Below are positions 15,001-27,400 of a stretch of DNA of 64,000 nt, piece after piece. The notes beneath the pieces were generated by a model. The model had not been told where the DNA came from, made no database searches, and was given only the letters and a program-made list of their open reading frames with translations. Every line of letters begins with the position of its first letter. Positions within the stretch are counted from its first letter, which is position 1. Where the stretch lies: assembly GCA_964035545.1 (NCBI GenBank), contig OZ037766.1:20510767-20574766 (forward strand), given 5' to 3'. Both the position numbers and the translations under genes were made by a program. Source of the stretch: Bugula neritina. Taxonomy: Eukaryota; Animalia; Bryozoa.

Positions 15001-15950
15001 ATTAACTTTAATTTTGAAACAAAAATTGTTAATGTACTAAAATTTTAAAAGAAGAGCTCAATAAGAAGTTTATTGCTTAAAAATTTAGGTAGCAAAAAGG
15101 ATGCAGTGCAAATATTTCAATAGTAGTAGATCTTAACTCACTGAGCTTACTTACTGATTTCTTTCGCACACAAAGCACTACATTGCCCAACATTTACTTA
15201 TGTTTTAAGGCTACATTTAATACTATTTGATAGCCTACAATAAATTAAGATGTTTATAAATATTCACAAACACTCAAATAGAAGTAGGTGAAATTTTGAT
15301 GAGCTAGCAATGCACACGTCAATGCCAAATACTCGTCTATAGGATCATTAGGTAATTTCCCCTTCAATAAAACAGATGTGTTCACGTTGCCTTCTGGAAA
15401 CTTCCAACACCCTCTGTGTGAAATCACTGGAATAAATACAAGACAATGTTTAGAAAATAAAAAGCTACACACTACACGCAAGCAAGGCAAATAAAATCAT
15501 CAGAAAGTTTACCAGCACTTGCGAATGAGTCTAGTCACCGTGATAATTTAATTTTAGTCTTTAGATAAATGTTTCAGCATATACGTGAGTTTAGCGATAA
15601 ATTATAGATCAGCTTATTCCAATTTTACACAAATTCGCTAAATTTTATATTAAAATAAGCAATGTATTTTCTAAACAGCTTATAACATTTGACAATGGAA
15701 GTGAAATTATTCAATAATTCAAGAATCATGTGAAAATAACATCACTTGACGCTCCCAGCAAAGGCCTATTATATTAATCATAAACATAAAAACAACCAAA
15801 TTTTCTTACATGGACAAGAGAGTTTGCTTGAACAAGGTTGTGTGTACCATTTAACTTTGCCATCAGAGTCTGAGAGAGCACCGAGTCGTAAGCTTTCACC
15901 ACACGGTAGGCAGCATGACCATCTGGTACCATTCTTATAGTCTGATGAAT
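6022..15950 (-). CDS. Adhesion GPCR: C-type-lectin-like / WSC-like / C-type-lectin-like / TSP1 / GAIN-GPS / 7TM; 5' end not resolved
   Basis: Phase-consistent GT-AG exons: 15950-15810, 15426-15272, 14991-14877, 14579-14447, 14264-14086, 13678-13505 (WMLWTEWSDC, TSP1), 12957-12811, 12344-12193, 11411-11306, 11060-10841, 10633-10418, 10118-9900 (GPS CVFW..W...GC...CQCSHL/TSFAVLM), 9652-9393 (IHMNL; LLHYFF..FTWMLCEG), 8802-8736, 8221-8054 (CWL..GLIWAFIGP), 7763-7595 (LGANWLFG; NSLQGLFIFLFHC), 7364-7208, then tentative tail exons 6890-6800 and 6106-6022. Confidence 0.92.
9170..9288 (-). mobile_element. tRNA-derived SINE, degenerate
   Basis: Minus strand reads a tRNA-like head (GTTAGAGCG...GGTTCGAACCC B box) followed by GGTGGTGTTAGGAAGAGCATCCAGTCATAATTGCTC; the same downstream core recurs at 53623 and 57542. 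Confidence 0.7.
11587..12033. mobile_element. MITE with 16-bp perfect TIRs in a TTAA context (Kolobok-like)
   Basis: AGTTGCGTTTATACCT (11587-11602) and AGGTATAAACGCAACT (12018-12033) are exact reverse complements. TTAA precedes the left end; on the right TTAA overlaps the last base. No coding capacity. Confidence 0.75.
12436..12590 (+). mobile_element. Possible degenerate tRNA-derived SINE
   Basis: TAGTGGCTAGA (A-box-like) ... GAGTTCAAACAC (B-box-like) followed by GGCTATTGGT; heavily diverged. Confidence 0.4.
13375..13504. repeat. Minisatellite, unit about 32 bp (ACTCACTGTAGACTCGACTCATCACTAATTAG), 3-4 degenerate copies
   Basis: Direct repeats are visible at the donor end of the TSP1 exon. 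Confidence 0.75.
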
Positions 15951-17379
15951 CTACATAATAATATGGTTCAGCAAACACATTATACTCAATGTATAAAACA
16001 AATATTAGTAATGTCAGTGCGTCCAAACATAAACTCAACAATAAATAATTGGTAAAAATGTAATTAGCTACAAAAAAGTATTAATATGATGTTTTTTGGA
16101 CTATGCTTTGAGAAAATATTATATGCTACATGTATATAAACAATGTATTAATATTAATGTCAATTTTGAAATACTGGATAGCCATGGCAGCATCTGTTAA
16201 AATATGCATACCAAACATTAAAACAGAAAATAGAATATCAATAACAATAACTGCATGTGCAACTTCTTTGAATCAGGCTTGAAGAATTTAATAAATGCCA
16301 TCATTTCTAGTCATCTTAAGAAAGGGAGGGTTGATTTATTTTTGGTAAAACCAATGACGCAATGCATATGATTTTTCATGACAATAAATTTCTAATTATT
16401 TCGACTCTAACTTAGAACCAATATTAGTTCTATTAACATGATAATCGCTTTATGTTAACAAAACAGCACACTTTGATAGTAATCGGCTGAAGTGTATGTA
16501 AAATATCAGATACCCCATGAGTACCAATTCCATAAAACTTGCATTTTGAATAATAATTAACACCAAATGAAACTTAAAAGTAACTTATATCTTCTATACG
16601 ATGCGCTGAAAAAGCAAACTCCTTGGTTATACGAGCTCATGCAGACCAGCAAACAGAAAAGCAGTAAGACTCATCAAAAAGGTAAAAGAAAACTTTCAAA
16701 TCAAACTTCAAAACAAGTTCAACTGCTAATGCTTGCAGATTGAAAAAAAATCCTAAATTGCTCTTACAAATAAAAGTACTCTCAGATGCAGTAAAACATC
16801 ATACCCATGTTAGTTTGCATCTTTTTAAAACAGCTCTCCCAAACTGTTGGATTGTTTAATTATACACAGCGATATATTTTATTTCTAACATATGCTGACA
16901 AACAAACTAATTAACATAAATTTCTTGCAGTTCTGAGTGCTCTACTTTCTACAAGGTTAGATTTGAGATGTGGTACATCTTGCCAGTTAGACGTTGTCTA
17001 CAACTGTTGAACTTAGTAATAATAGACATGTATTACACAGTTAGTACAGGAAGTAAAACTAGTGGCAGCAAGGCTATTACGACTGTAACCAATAGTAACA
17101 TCATCAATCATGTCTATTAGTATTCCTATGAAAGTTGGGATTAAAAAATATCGCACAGCAATAAATATTGCCATTACGTTGTCATTTAGTTTTACTTTTA
17201 GCATTTACTATTACTATAAAAATGCCTTTACTTCAACAAAAAATTGAACTTGCAGTCGATATTGTTTAGATTGTTATAATTAATACTTGTGGTTATATTT
17301 ATATTGTGACTATGATTATCTATAGCTTTAACTGCTGAATGTTCCAGGAAGCACAGACTATAGAACACTTGATAACATT

Positions 17380-18990
17380 TTTCAGCGGCCTATTGTATAC
17401 AGTCTTGATGAATTGCCAGAGGGAAATGAATTATCAAGCACAATTGAGAGAGCAAAAAAGAACAAAGCTTTAGGACTTTGTGGTATTCCAGCCGAGGTGT
17501 AAGAACATGGAGGTAAAAAATTGTAACTATGACTGTTTCGTTTGAATAAGGACATTTGGGAAAAAGAACAAGTACCACAAGATTTGAAAGATGCCAATCT
17601 TCAAAAAGGGAGACCATTAATATTGCAGGAACTATAGAAGAATTTCGCTTATGTCATTTGCACGGAAGATCAAGGCTCGCATGCCGCTAAATCGCCTAAG
17701 TCTAAGCATAGCTGCTGAAGCTTTGCCAGAAACCCAATGAAATGGTGTTCAGCCTCCGCCAGGTGCAAATTAAATTCCAAGAGCAAAACATGCCTGCCTC
17801 TGTATGCAGTATTCATTGATTTTACAAAGGCTTTTGACACTGTACCAACAGATGGAATTTGGATTGTATTGAATAAGCTAGGGTGCACATCTAAAATAGT
17901 TAACCTGATTAGATCCTTATATGATGATATGCAGGCTCAAGTAGTGCAAACACAAGTGTCATCTGACAGGTTTCCAGCACAAAATGGTATCAAGCAGGGT
18001 TGCATCTTGGCTTCTACCCTGTTCTCTCTCTACTTAGGTGCTATGGTTGAGGTTGCTTTTAAATATTTAAGCAAGGGGGTATACATCCAGACTAGACATG
18101 ATGCCAATATATTCACAGTTTCCCAGTTTAAATCGCAGACCCGCACAATTAGAGTCCTTTTCAGAGAGATGTTGTTTGCGAATGACAGTGCACTTGTTGC
18201 TCATTATGCAGAAAATATGCAGGCGCTTGTAGATTGTTTTGCCAAAGCAGCTTCATAATCTAGCTTGAAGATAAACATCAAGAAAATAGAATGCTTATAT
18301 CAGCCAGTTAAGATCACCTGCCCACGCCTGAGCCAGTGAATATAATTATCAACAACGAACCCTTAGTACAGTGCACTGACTTCAATTATCTTGGAAGCAC
18401 AGTCTCCAACAAAGCTAGGTTAGAAAACGAGATCAGCTACCGGATTGGAAATGCCAGTGCCGTTTATGGTAGGCTCATGGCTTGTCTCTGGAGAAACAGA
18501 CATGTGTCCATTCAAGTCAAGTGCAAAGTGTACAGAACTGTTGTCCTGACAGCTTCACTGTATGGAGCTTACACTTGGACAGTGTACCGCACTTAAATTA
18601 AGAGACTACATGCCTACATGATGAGGCAACTGAGAACAATACAAAATGTTACATGGCAAGACAAAGTCACAAACAAGGAAATTCTTCTTCTTTTACCACC
18701 AATGGCTGACATACTGATTGGAAAGGGACTCTGGTGGCTGGACCATGTATATAGAATGAATAAAAACCGCCTACCCAGGCAGTTACTGTATTCTCAACTC
18801 TGTGATGGCAAAAGAAATCATGGCAGACCACGACTGAGATTTAAAAATGTTGCTAAGCGCAACATGAAGTGGAAAGAGATAGACACAGAAGTATAGCAAG
18901 CGGCTGCAGAAAACAGAGTGGTGTGGAGAGCTGCCATCAAGCCTCAAGCATAGAACAGTCATTGCCGAATCGACCGACTGCAGAGAGAGT
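17380..18990 (+). mobile_element. 5'-truncated, decayed RTE-clade non-LTR retrotransposon (reverse transcriptase pseudogene)
   Basis: Broken frames encode KNKALGLCGIPAEV, VPQDLKDA, FIDFTKAFDTV, GIKQGCILA, LFANDSAL (FADD motif mutated), FNYLGS and RLPRQLLYSQL..GKRNHGRPRLRFK; many stops and frameshifts. Confidence 0.92.
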
Positions 18991-19022
18991 AATCATAATC
19001 ATATAGGTGATAATGCTATGTC

Positions 19023-19306
19023 AGTGCCCGGTAAAAATGGCACAGTAAAAATGGCATAGGTAATGATGGCACAGGCAATAATGGCACAAATGACATAACA
19101 GGTAAAAATGGCACATTTTCAACATTAGTGTTTGGGGTGAGAAACTGGGAGTTAGGAATCAGGGGTTTAGGTTTGGGGATGGAGTTTGAGTTTGGGGTTT
19201 GGATTTCAGGTGGGGGTTTAGGTTTGGGAAAATTTAACATTAGTGTGTCATTTTACCTACTTTTCCATTTGTGCCATTATTACCCGTGCTATTTTCACCC
19301 AAAATC
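19023..19306. mobile_element. Foldback/Mutator-like MITE with repetitive inverted arms and a G-rich core
   Basis: The left arm has tandem GGTAA(A/T)AATGGCACA units and the right arm their reverse complements (TGTGCCATTATTACC). It is flanked by TGCTATGTC (19014-19022) and TGCTATGTT (19307-19315), an 8-9 bp TSD. Confidence 0.75.
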
Positions 19307-19781
19307 TGCTATGTTATAAGCATGCGGTTATTTAGCCATAATAAATTTACAATTAGTACACATCAGAGTCAAAATTTTGCCAGAGCCGCAGGCTTACTCG
19401 TAGGTAAGTTGACAAAACAGAAACTGTACTGAAGCTCATACTGATAATTTTGCAGCCTGTTTACATTCATATTTATAATGATAATTGGTATTTGTAATAA
19501 AAGCTTTTACTTTGAATTGATTATTATTTATAAGTTATAACGTAAGACTAAGTAGCTTACATTTATAATAAAATAGCCAGTATAATAATGATAATTGACA
19601 TAATACTAATAGTAATAGTGATAACATACTCATACTGTAAGACTAAGTCAAAGTGTACACTACTGTATAGTGATACTTATATGAGTTATAAATATATGTT
19701 ATAGTAACACTAATACAGTATCACTGCTACTATCAGTATCACTCATACTCATATTCACACTGATACTGATACTCATCCTCC

Positions 19782-19873
19782 AAGTCTAACTCAAAGTCAA
19801 TGACTTATAAATTATAACTTTAACTTAAAGTTATAACTTATAAGTTATAAGTCATTGACTTTGAGTTAGACTT
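19782..19873. repeat. Perfect 29-bp inverted repeat (hairpin/cruciform)
   Basis: AAGTCTAACTCAAAGTCAATGACTTATAA (19782-19810) is the exact reverse complement of 19845-19873; the spacer holds a nested TTATAACTTTA/TAAAGTTATAA palindrome. Confidence 0.9.
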
Positions 19874-20109
19874 AAAGTTTAAGTATTGGTATAACTATAA
19901 GTATAAGCTAAAAGTAAAATATAAGTATAAAATAAAAAAATGTGAATACCAATACACTCAGAATTAGTACAACTACTGTTAGTATAGCAATGGTACGATA
20001 ACCATAATATAAATATCTTTAAACACCAACGACAAGCGGCAATTTTTAAAAATTTTAAATTTTAAACTTCAGCTTAGTCCTATCATTAGTTTTACTTTTT
20101 GGCTGGAAG

Positions 20110-20150
20110 GTTTAAAAGCCGGAAACCGTTTTAGCATATCGCATGCGCAA
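20110..20150. promoter_or_regulatory. Candidate promoter: ETS-like CCGGAA plus NRF1-like CGCATGCGCA
   Basis: The motifs at 20119-20124 and 20140-20149 sit in a small CpG-containing patch between the divergent adhesion GPCR and CEP83 genes. Confidence 0.45.
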
Positions 20151-23100
20151 TTTATGTTTGGGCTATTCAAAATTGTTATGGATTAAAGAGTCACTCAGAA
20201 GCATAGAGTATCACTATCACTGTGTCAGTACCTACTGTTATTATTAATAGTAATCTTACAATTTTTACGGCAAGGGATTCAAAATGTATTTATTGTACAT
20301 CTTTAGCTCATAATGATTGTGTAATAAAAATAATCATGCAGTTTGAATTATAAGTAAGATAAAGATTGCATGGTGATGGTCACAGGTCATGTCCAGTGTC
20401 CTTAAAGTTCATGGCTTCATAAAACTAACGGTGACACTGACTGAACTGTTACTGTTAGTGTTACTGTTAGCAGTATTCAAACTCAAAGTAAATATCAGAG
20501 TTAGACTAATTATAATGATTAATGAGTAACGATTATGAGTAATACCAATTAGTAGTTGAATTAGATTACAGTTACTAGCCCTAGGCATGTTCTAAAATTT
20601 GATCACTGTAGTGTAAGTGTAACTGTAAGTGTAACTCAAACTGCTTAGGTTTAGCTTTACTTTTAGTGTTATTAAATGTAATACTTATACTAGTAGTTTT
20701 TCTTTAAGTTTTTTTAATTAAAATTTAATTGAACTTACAATATTCCAAAATAATAAGTTATAATTGGTAATTACTATGAGTGACTATTTGATTTAAATTG
20801 ACAAACTTGCAAAGTTCTATAAGATATTAGGTGACATAACATATCACTCATTAGAATATATAATAATATTGTCATACAATGTTGATATCAATAGGATATT
20901 ATTATCATTATTAAGAGGTTTTGGATATTTTTAACTGTGCTATTCGGTTAAATTAGTCATGTCATTCTACAAGTACACATTAAAATGCAAATACTTGCCA
21001 TAATTTTTTTTACTAAGCTCTGTTTAATTTTTTAGTACTAATCATCATCAAATATATTAGCTAAGAAATTATTTCAGTTGAAATAAAATTGCCAGACCTA
21101 GATCGTAAAATGCTACTGCATGACTGTTAACTAAGATTTAAAAATACAATTATTTATTTTTGTTAGCATTTTGAAACTAACTAAGGTCACTTCTCATGAG
21201 GTACACTAGCAATTTTTGTAAAAATGCTGTTAATTTTTTTAGACAAGTATGTTTAGGTATTGCTGACTCAGCCACAAGACAAACTGTAGATAACACGGTG
21301 TGCTATTCATACCAAAAGAAAAAGAGTCAGCCTTTGGTTTTTTACCATACTGTTTGAAATTCTTTTGTGACAACATCAGTTTTTTTTATCTCATGTCCTT
21401 TTAGTATCTCAATCTAGTTTATATCAAAGTTATGTGCTCCAAGATGTTCTTATTTTTCGAGAACGGCCAAGGAGACCTTCCACAAAATTGTAGGCTTGTA
21501 ACTTTAGCATTATAAAAACTAGTTGAACGTATTATGGTGATTTCAATGTGTTCTAAGCAATATCTAACATGGTTTTAATTTTAGCCTTATTAGGAATCTT
21601 GAAAAAACTTTGGCAATTCAAAGAGTTTATTGTCTCGTCTCTTTCAACTATGCTAAAGTTATGCTATATTTATTATCTCAACATTTGATTTTGAAGTAAA
21701 GTAACACTATGAATTAAAATTAATTATAAGTATTTATATTAGACAAACTGTAATCGTATCAGTAACATTATTGCTATTAGTATTGGGCTTGGTAAAAGAT
21801 TTCCTTATTGTAATCATTTAACTGTAACACTGATTGTAAGAGCTTGTTAGTATTAGTAGTTAAACTTACACTAGTATTTATACAATTTCAACCGTAAATA
21901 TTACTCTAGTTTAAATTTATAATACAATTTCTAGGGTTATTCTTGCGTAAATAATTGCTTTTAATTTTACTCACTATAATCATAAGTCAAAAAATTTTCA
22001 TTGGTATTAAATTTAATTTTTAAGTTGAAATACTTGTTTTTTTGTAGTGATGTTAGCACATAATAATTAAGTGTTTGTCATTATGGGGGGTAAGGCATGG
22101 TGCTGTATTGCTTAGCATCTCTTTAAGGCTGTCTAGTTTTATGCTATATGATGTTATCTATATAACAGGCAACAGTTTAGCTTGTGTTTACTGTTTTTAT
22201 TGCCATTGATTTACTATTAATTATGCAAAATTATTATTGAATGAAAAGTGTTTCCAAACAATTTTGACTAATTCGTAATTAATATTTAATCTGTACAGCA
22301 CCAGTTCTAACATTTAAGAATTGCTGTACTTCTTTTCTTGAATTATTGAGGAGACAACTGCTAGTTAAATTCAATATATTTTTAGGTTTAGGAGTTGTCA
22401 TAACATAATGAATAGCAACAAATTGCTCCTATAGAAAAGGTAGAGAATATATTATGTTTGGAGTAAAAACTGATGGTTAGAGCGTTACAATAATGATTTG
22501 CTCTATCAGTTAAACTATTCATCAATAAAACTGTAGTAGCCATTAGCCAGTCCCCCAGTAATGTGTGATACAGTCTTTTGCTCATGTATAAGAACATTGC
22601 TGTAATAGCTTGTGATATAATTAATGTTGTTGCTACTTGACTTTTTCCTTACTCTGGAAAAACTGAACCACCATGAAAAATCAGCTACCATAATATTTAA
22701 CTAGTGAGAACTTAGCCCTCTATGACTTTTTGGGTTCTCATAGGGATGGTGACGATAAACCCATATGAGAATAACTTCGACATCTATGGGTTTTAGAACA
22801 TCCTTGAAATAGAAAGCTTCCTTTTTGGGAACATTGCTTGGCTAGTCTACACAGTAGATACGTTAATGTATCTTTGATTATTAATAAATGATAGTCCTCC
22901 ACACCACCACACACATACCCAAAGCCAACTTTGCATATACCCAAGTCAGACTCATGTAATTTCTAAACATCGATTACTCATATACTTTTTTATTTAAGAT
23001 GGAGTCTATCTGGGGTTAGAAAAATTGTATGTATGTGCTCCCCTCATATCTAACTCTAACACTTAACTTGCTCTTAGGCCAGGAGAAAGGGGTTGCTGTT

Positions 23101-24461
23101 GCTACAGTACTATATATGTAGTAATCTTTGAACATGACATTAGTTGAAATAGGAATATACTCTTCAAAGAAATGCCTTTGAGCAGTTCTATGATCTGCAG
23201 TCTTTTAAGCGAAAAAATGAATGCAAGGATTAAATTAGCAACTTATATAAGAGCAACATTGATTTCTTTGAACTTGATAATGGTATATTAACTATTAATA
23301 AAAACTTCTTGCACAACCTTGTAAATGTAAACTTTTAAACTTTGTGAGGCTGCCAAAGAATCGAGCTTTTGTAGCATTTTTCTCTCTTGTTTTCACTCCT
23401 GTGCTAGCAATACATTCCAACAATAAAAATAAAGATATGTGATATGCTATTATATGGTAAGCTACACTGTTTATATAATAAATGTGTAACATCTAGGGCC
23501 TTAGAGGTGTTGGGTGTCACATATGGTGATGAATAGCAAACCGCTGACATTTTATTGATAAGAATGTTTGTATCAATCACTTGCATTTCAATGTTGTTTA
23601 GAAATGTAGTTCATTCTTGCATCTATTCAATGAACAATGATTCCTATGAAAAGGTGCCACATTGTTTCATTACCCAACTCAGCAAGTGCCTTTATACTCA
23701 CGTAGAAAAACATTAGTACCCTAAAAATAATAATCAAAGCATTTGATAATTTTGTGTTATTTGCTGCTGGCATTTCTGTGCCATGCTCATTTGGTAACTG
23801 GCGCTATTACAGCATTTTAATTATGGGTGCTGAACATTCTAAAAAACATTCTGTCAATTCTGCAGCTGGTGTGCCTGGGAGTTTACCAAATGGTATGTTT
23901 TTTTCAAAGATATCTCTTGGTTTTTGTCGGCTTACTTTGTTTTGTAGCCCATAAACTTTTTCAAGTATATAAAATGTTCAAGTACAAACTAAAAATGTGG
24001 TCTGACGTAGTTCATTTCTGGAAAGCAAATATTTGAGTTGAATTTAAAATTGTTAATTTTTGATGCAGTATGTTGAATGAATCTTCATATTTCGCTATAA
24101 ATTGAGAAATGTTTTTGTGTATTTTTTCATTTTGATATTTACTAGCTTCACCTATGTAGCTGTATATCATAAGGAAGGGGGGTATGTGACATTTAGAAAA
24201 GTAAGTTTTTGTGGCAAAAAGCACATCATCTAATTGTATGGCTCTTATAAAAATTATGATCTGTGCCTCTTGTCAAGTTCATATTAGCATTGAAGAACTA
24301 GCAACGTTTGTAATGGGTAGAGTAATCTGACTCTCTCTTTGGCAGCCAAGCCCATTTGTTTTGTAGGTGTACAAAAATATTTAAGCTGGTGTACATTCAG
24401 ACGTTCTGTCGTATCAAAATATTTTGCTTGTGAAATTTTATTTGAAGTGTTTATTATTTAG

Positions 24462-27400
24462 GCATTAAAAAAGGGAAACGTGCCAAGTTAACAAAGGAAG
24501 AGAAACTAAGAGCTAAACAAGAACTAAAAGCTAGAAAAGCAGCGGCTAAAAAGTCAAAACAATCACAAGGTACATTGAAAAAAAACCATCATTTGTCCTT
24601 AAAATTAACTTACATAAATTTTCATGGGATTTAGTGTTGATATTTGGTAAAAAGACTCAAGTAGGCCAACATTAACCATACAGTTCTCAGCTCATGTAAT
24701 TTCTTGCTGCTTCAGTAATCTTTATTTGGTTCAGCACAATAGGCTGTTTACAGATCAAAGTTGCGACACAAATGTAGCAGCACAAGATGAAAGGAACCGA
24801 ATAATTCAGTTTACACTGTAGAGCTACATGACTTGCTATTCACCCTTATGTTACCAAAAAAATTAAATATCTTTTCTCTGCAGTGAACTACCCATGTATG
24901 CACTTTTTGAAAAATAAACAAATATTCATCAATTGTTTTTAAATGTAATGAGTGATTGGATAGATCAGTTTTACTAGCAGCAAACTCAAATTTAATTAGC
25001 TGCCTGAAATATCTTTTAATAGAGTCCCTAATTACCAGCGTAAATTTGTTTGGTTTGTTTTATCAGTTTATCTTCAACGCCAAAAAGAAAACATTGCCTT
25101 GTACATATTGTTGGCGCTGATCACTTCTAGGCGATGCTACTGATAATCCAGTAGTCATAGAGCGAGAGATTGCATTGGATGAGAATAGTAAGCCGCAGCA
25201 AGACATGGCTGCCCCACTGCATCAGTCTGGACTGTCTAGGGGGGACGGTATGCCTAGCCCTGTTCTAGCTAGACGGTCTCCATCTCTCGGCCTCAATGGC
25301 TCAATACCCAATGGGTCAGTGATGAACGGGGAGCCGCCCCACATGAGGAAGTCCTCAGGGGTCAGTGGCCTTGACACCTCCACAGCTGAATATCTGGGCA
25401 AACATGAGGATGCGCACTTCCTGGCTAATCTGCTGGCAGAGGAGAGACAGAGATGCAACAAGCATAAAGACAACTACAACACGTTGAAACAAGAACACAG
25501 GAAGTAGGTGTTGTACCAACTCTGTGTGTATTCTTTCTCCTTGACCCAATTTGAGAGAAACTGTGCCAACTGCTATCAGCTTTTTAATATGAAATGTGCT
25601 TTAAACAAAGTCGCTTTACAATTTGTTTAACTCATTATGCGTGACTTTTTACACATTTCAATTTCTCAATTTAATCCACTTTTAAACTCAATGTTTCGGA
25701 GACAATATATGATTTGAACACCTAATCTTAATATTCAGCTAAAGGTTTCTTTCAGTTAACAACTTTAACATCACCCTTTCAGTTGACTGTAAGCATGGTA
25801 GCATGAATTCTAAGATCTAGTTTTGAGTGTGAGCTGGGGGGGGGGGTTTCATATGTCATGTACAGCTCCTAAACTATATCAACAGATTACAGAGTGAGAT
25901 GTTGAGTCTACAAGAAGAGCTAAAAGAGTTGGCTAAGGAGAAGAGTGAGTTGGTGGAGACTCATGCTAGAGATATGGGAGAGTATGAAGCACAGCTCACA
26001 GCTCTGAGACACAAAACAACCGAACTACAGGAAATGGTAGTGCTGTACTTTTATAGCAAATTTTTCAGTTGTAGTTGAAGAAACACTATAAACTGAGTTT
26101 GACAGATTTTTTCTGGCCGATTTAGTGTGTCATTTAAAGTAATTCATTTTTCTCCTTTATTGCTTTTGTAATACTATGGCTGTACAACACTTAGTTTAGC
26201 TGTGATCTTATTGGAGTATTTCCTACACAAACTAATTATAATATAGTTAATCCAAATCACAATAATTATTATTTTGTTCGTTTTCGAACATTCTGTAATC
26301 AATGTAGTCTGTAGCTGTTAGTGTGTAGCCATATCCACACTATGCAGTGATGTATTTCTTTGTACCAGGTGCCAGCTAAGGATCGTATCGATGCGTTGAA
26401 ATCTCAGATGATATCCGATGTGGAGATGCCGTTTAGAAATCGGTTGAATGATTTGGAACACGAGAACGAGTCTCTTAGAGCTGACAACGGTACTCTGAAG
26501 CACGACTTTGCGTTTTTGAAGACCGAGTATGAGCACACTCTGCAGAGACATAAAAGTACACTGGCAGACCTGAGGCTACAGCATGACGCTGAGGTTGGTG
26601 TAGTGTGTCTAGCACCTAGCTATAATAGTGATTATTCAATTTTACAAGTAGATTTTTTGTAATTTGAATTGCTGGTTCAGATGGGTGGAAGCGGTGGTGA
26701 AAGTTGTGAATATGCCCAGTGTGATTGGTGCACAGTATGAATTCTCCCATTACGTAGCTAACTGCAGTTAATTGAGTGTAGTATGACATAACTGCACCTG
26801 CTCACCCTTTCATTAATTTCAATAACGCCTTTACTCAATGAATTTATTCCATATAAATATACTGCGTTTCTATCTAGATTTATTAGTTTGTTGTTTCAAT
26901 GTGTACAGTTTTCAGTTAATTTGATTAGGAAATATAATGTAGTATGAGGGCTTTAAGTGCAAAGATTAAGGTTTCCTAGTTGGTATTGTTGCACCACACG
27001 CGTACACTCCTTGTTGGGTTGAATTTTTCTAGATAAAAATTGAAAGACTTCAGTTTTTTCTTCATTTACTTTTTCACGTTGCCATTATCTCTGCAAGCAG
27101 TGAACACCCCCTGGTCATAGCTTCTATATTAATGGGTATGGTTATAATAGAAATATTGTAGAAAACTTTTTATTTAAGTTACAAAAATAACGAACATGTT
27201 GTTTATTACCCACTCTTGGCAGGTGTCCAATTTGACCCGCGATAAAGACGAACTGCTAGCCAGGTTACATCAGGATAACTCTGGTGACATTGAGAGACTA
27301 CATAACATGCAGAAAGACAATTCCGCCCTTAATCATCGAGTGAGTAGTAGACATGTATAGCACGTGTTATACATCAAGGGTAATATTCACAAGTTTATAT

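Noticed and set aside
16560-17204. Candidate first or signal-peptide exons of the adhesion GPCR
   Set aside because: No phase-consistent, stop-free splice path could be established.
13375-19306. CRISPR-like arrays (13375-13504 and 19027-19115)
   Set aside because: No unique spacers, no cas genes, and a eukaryotic context.
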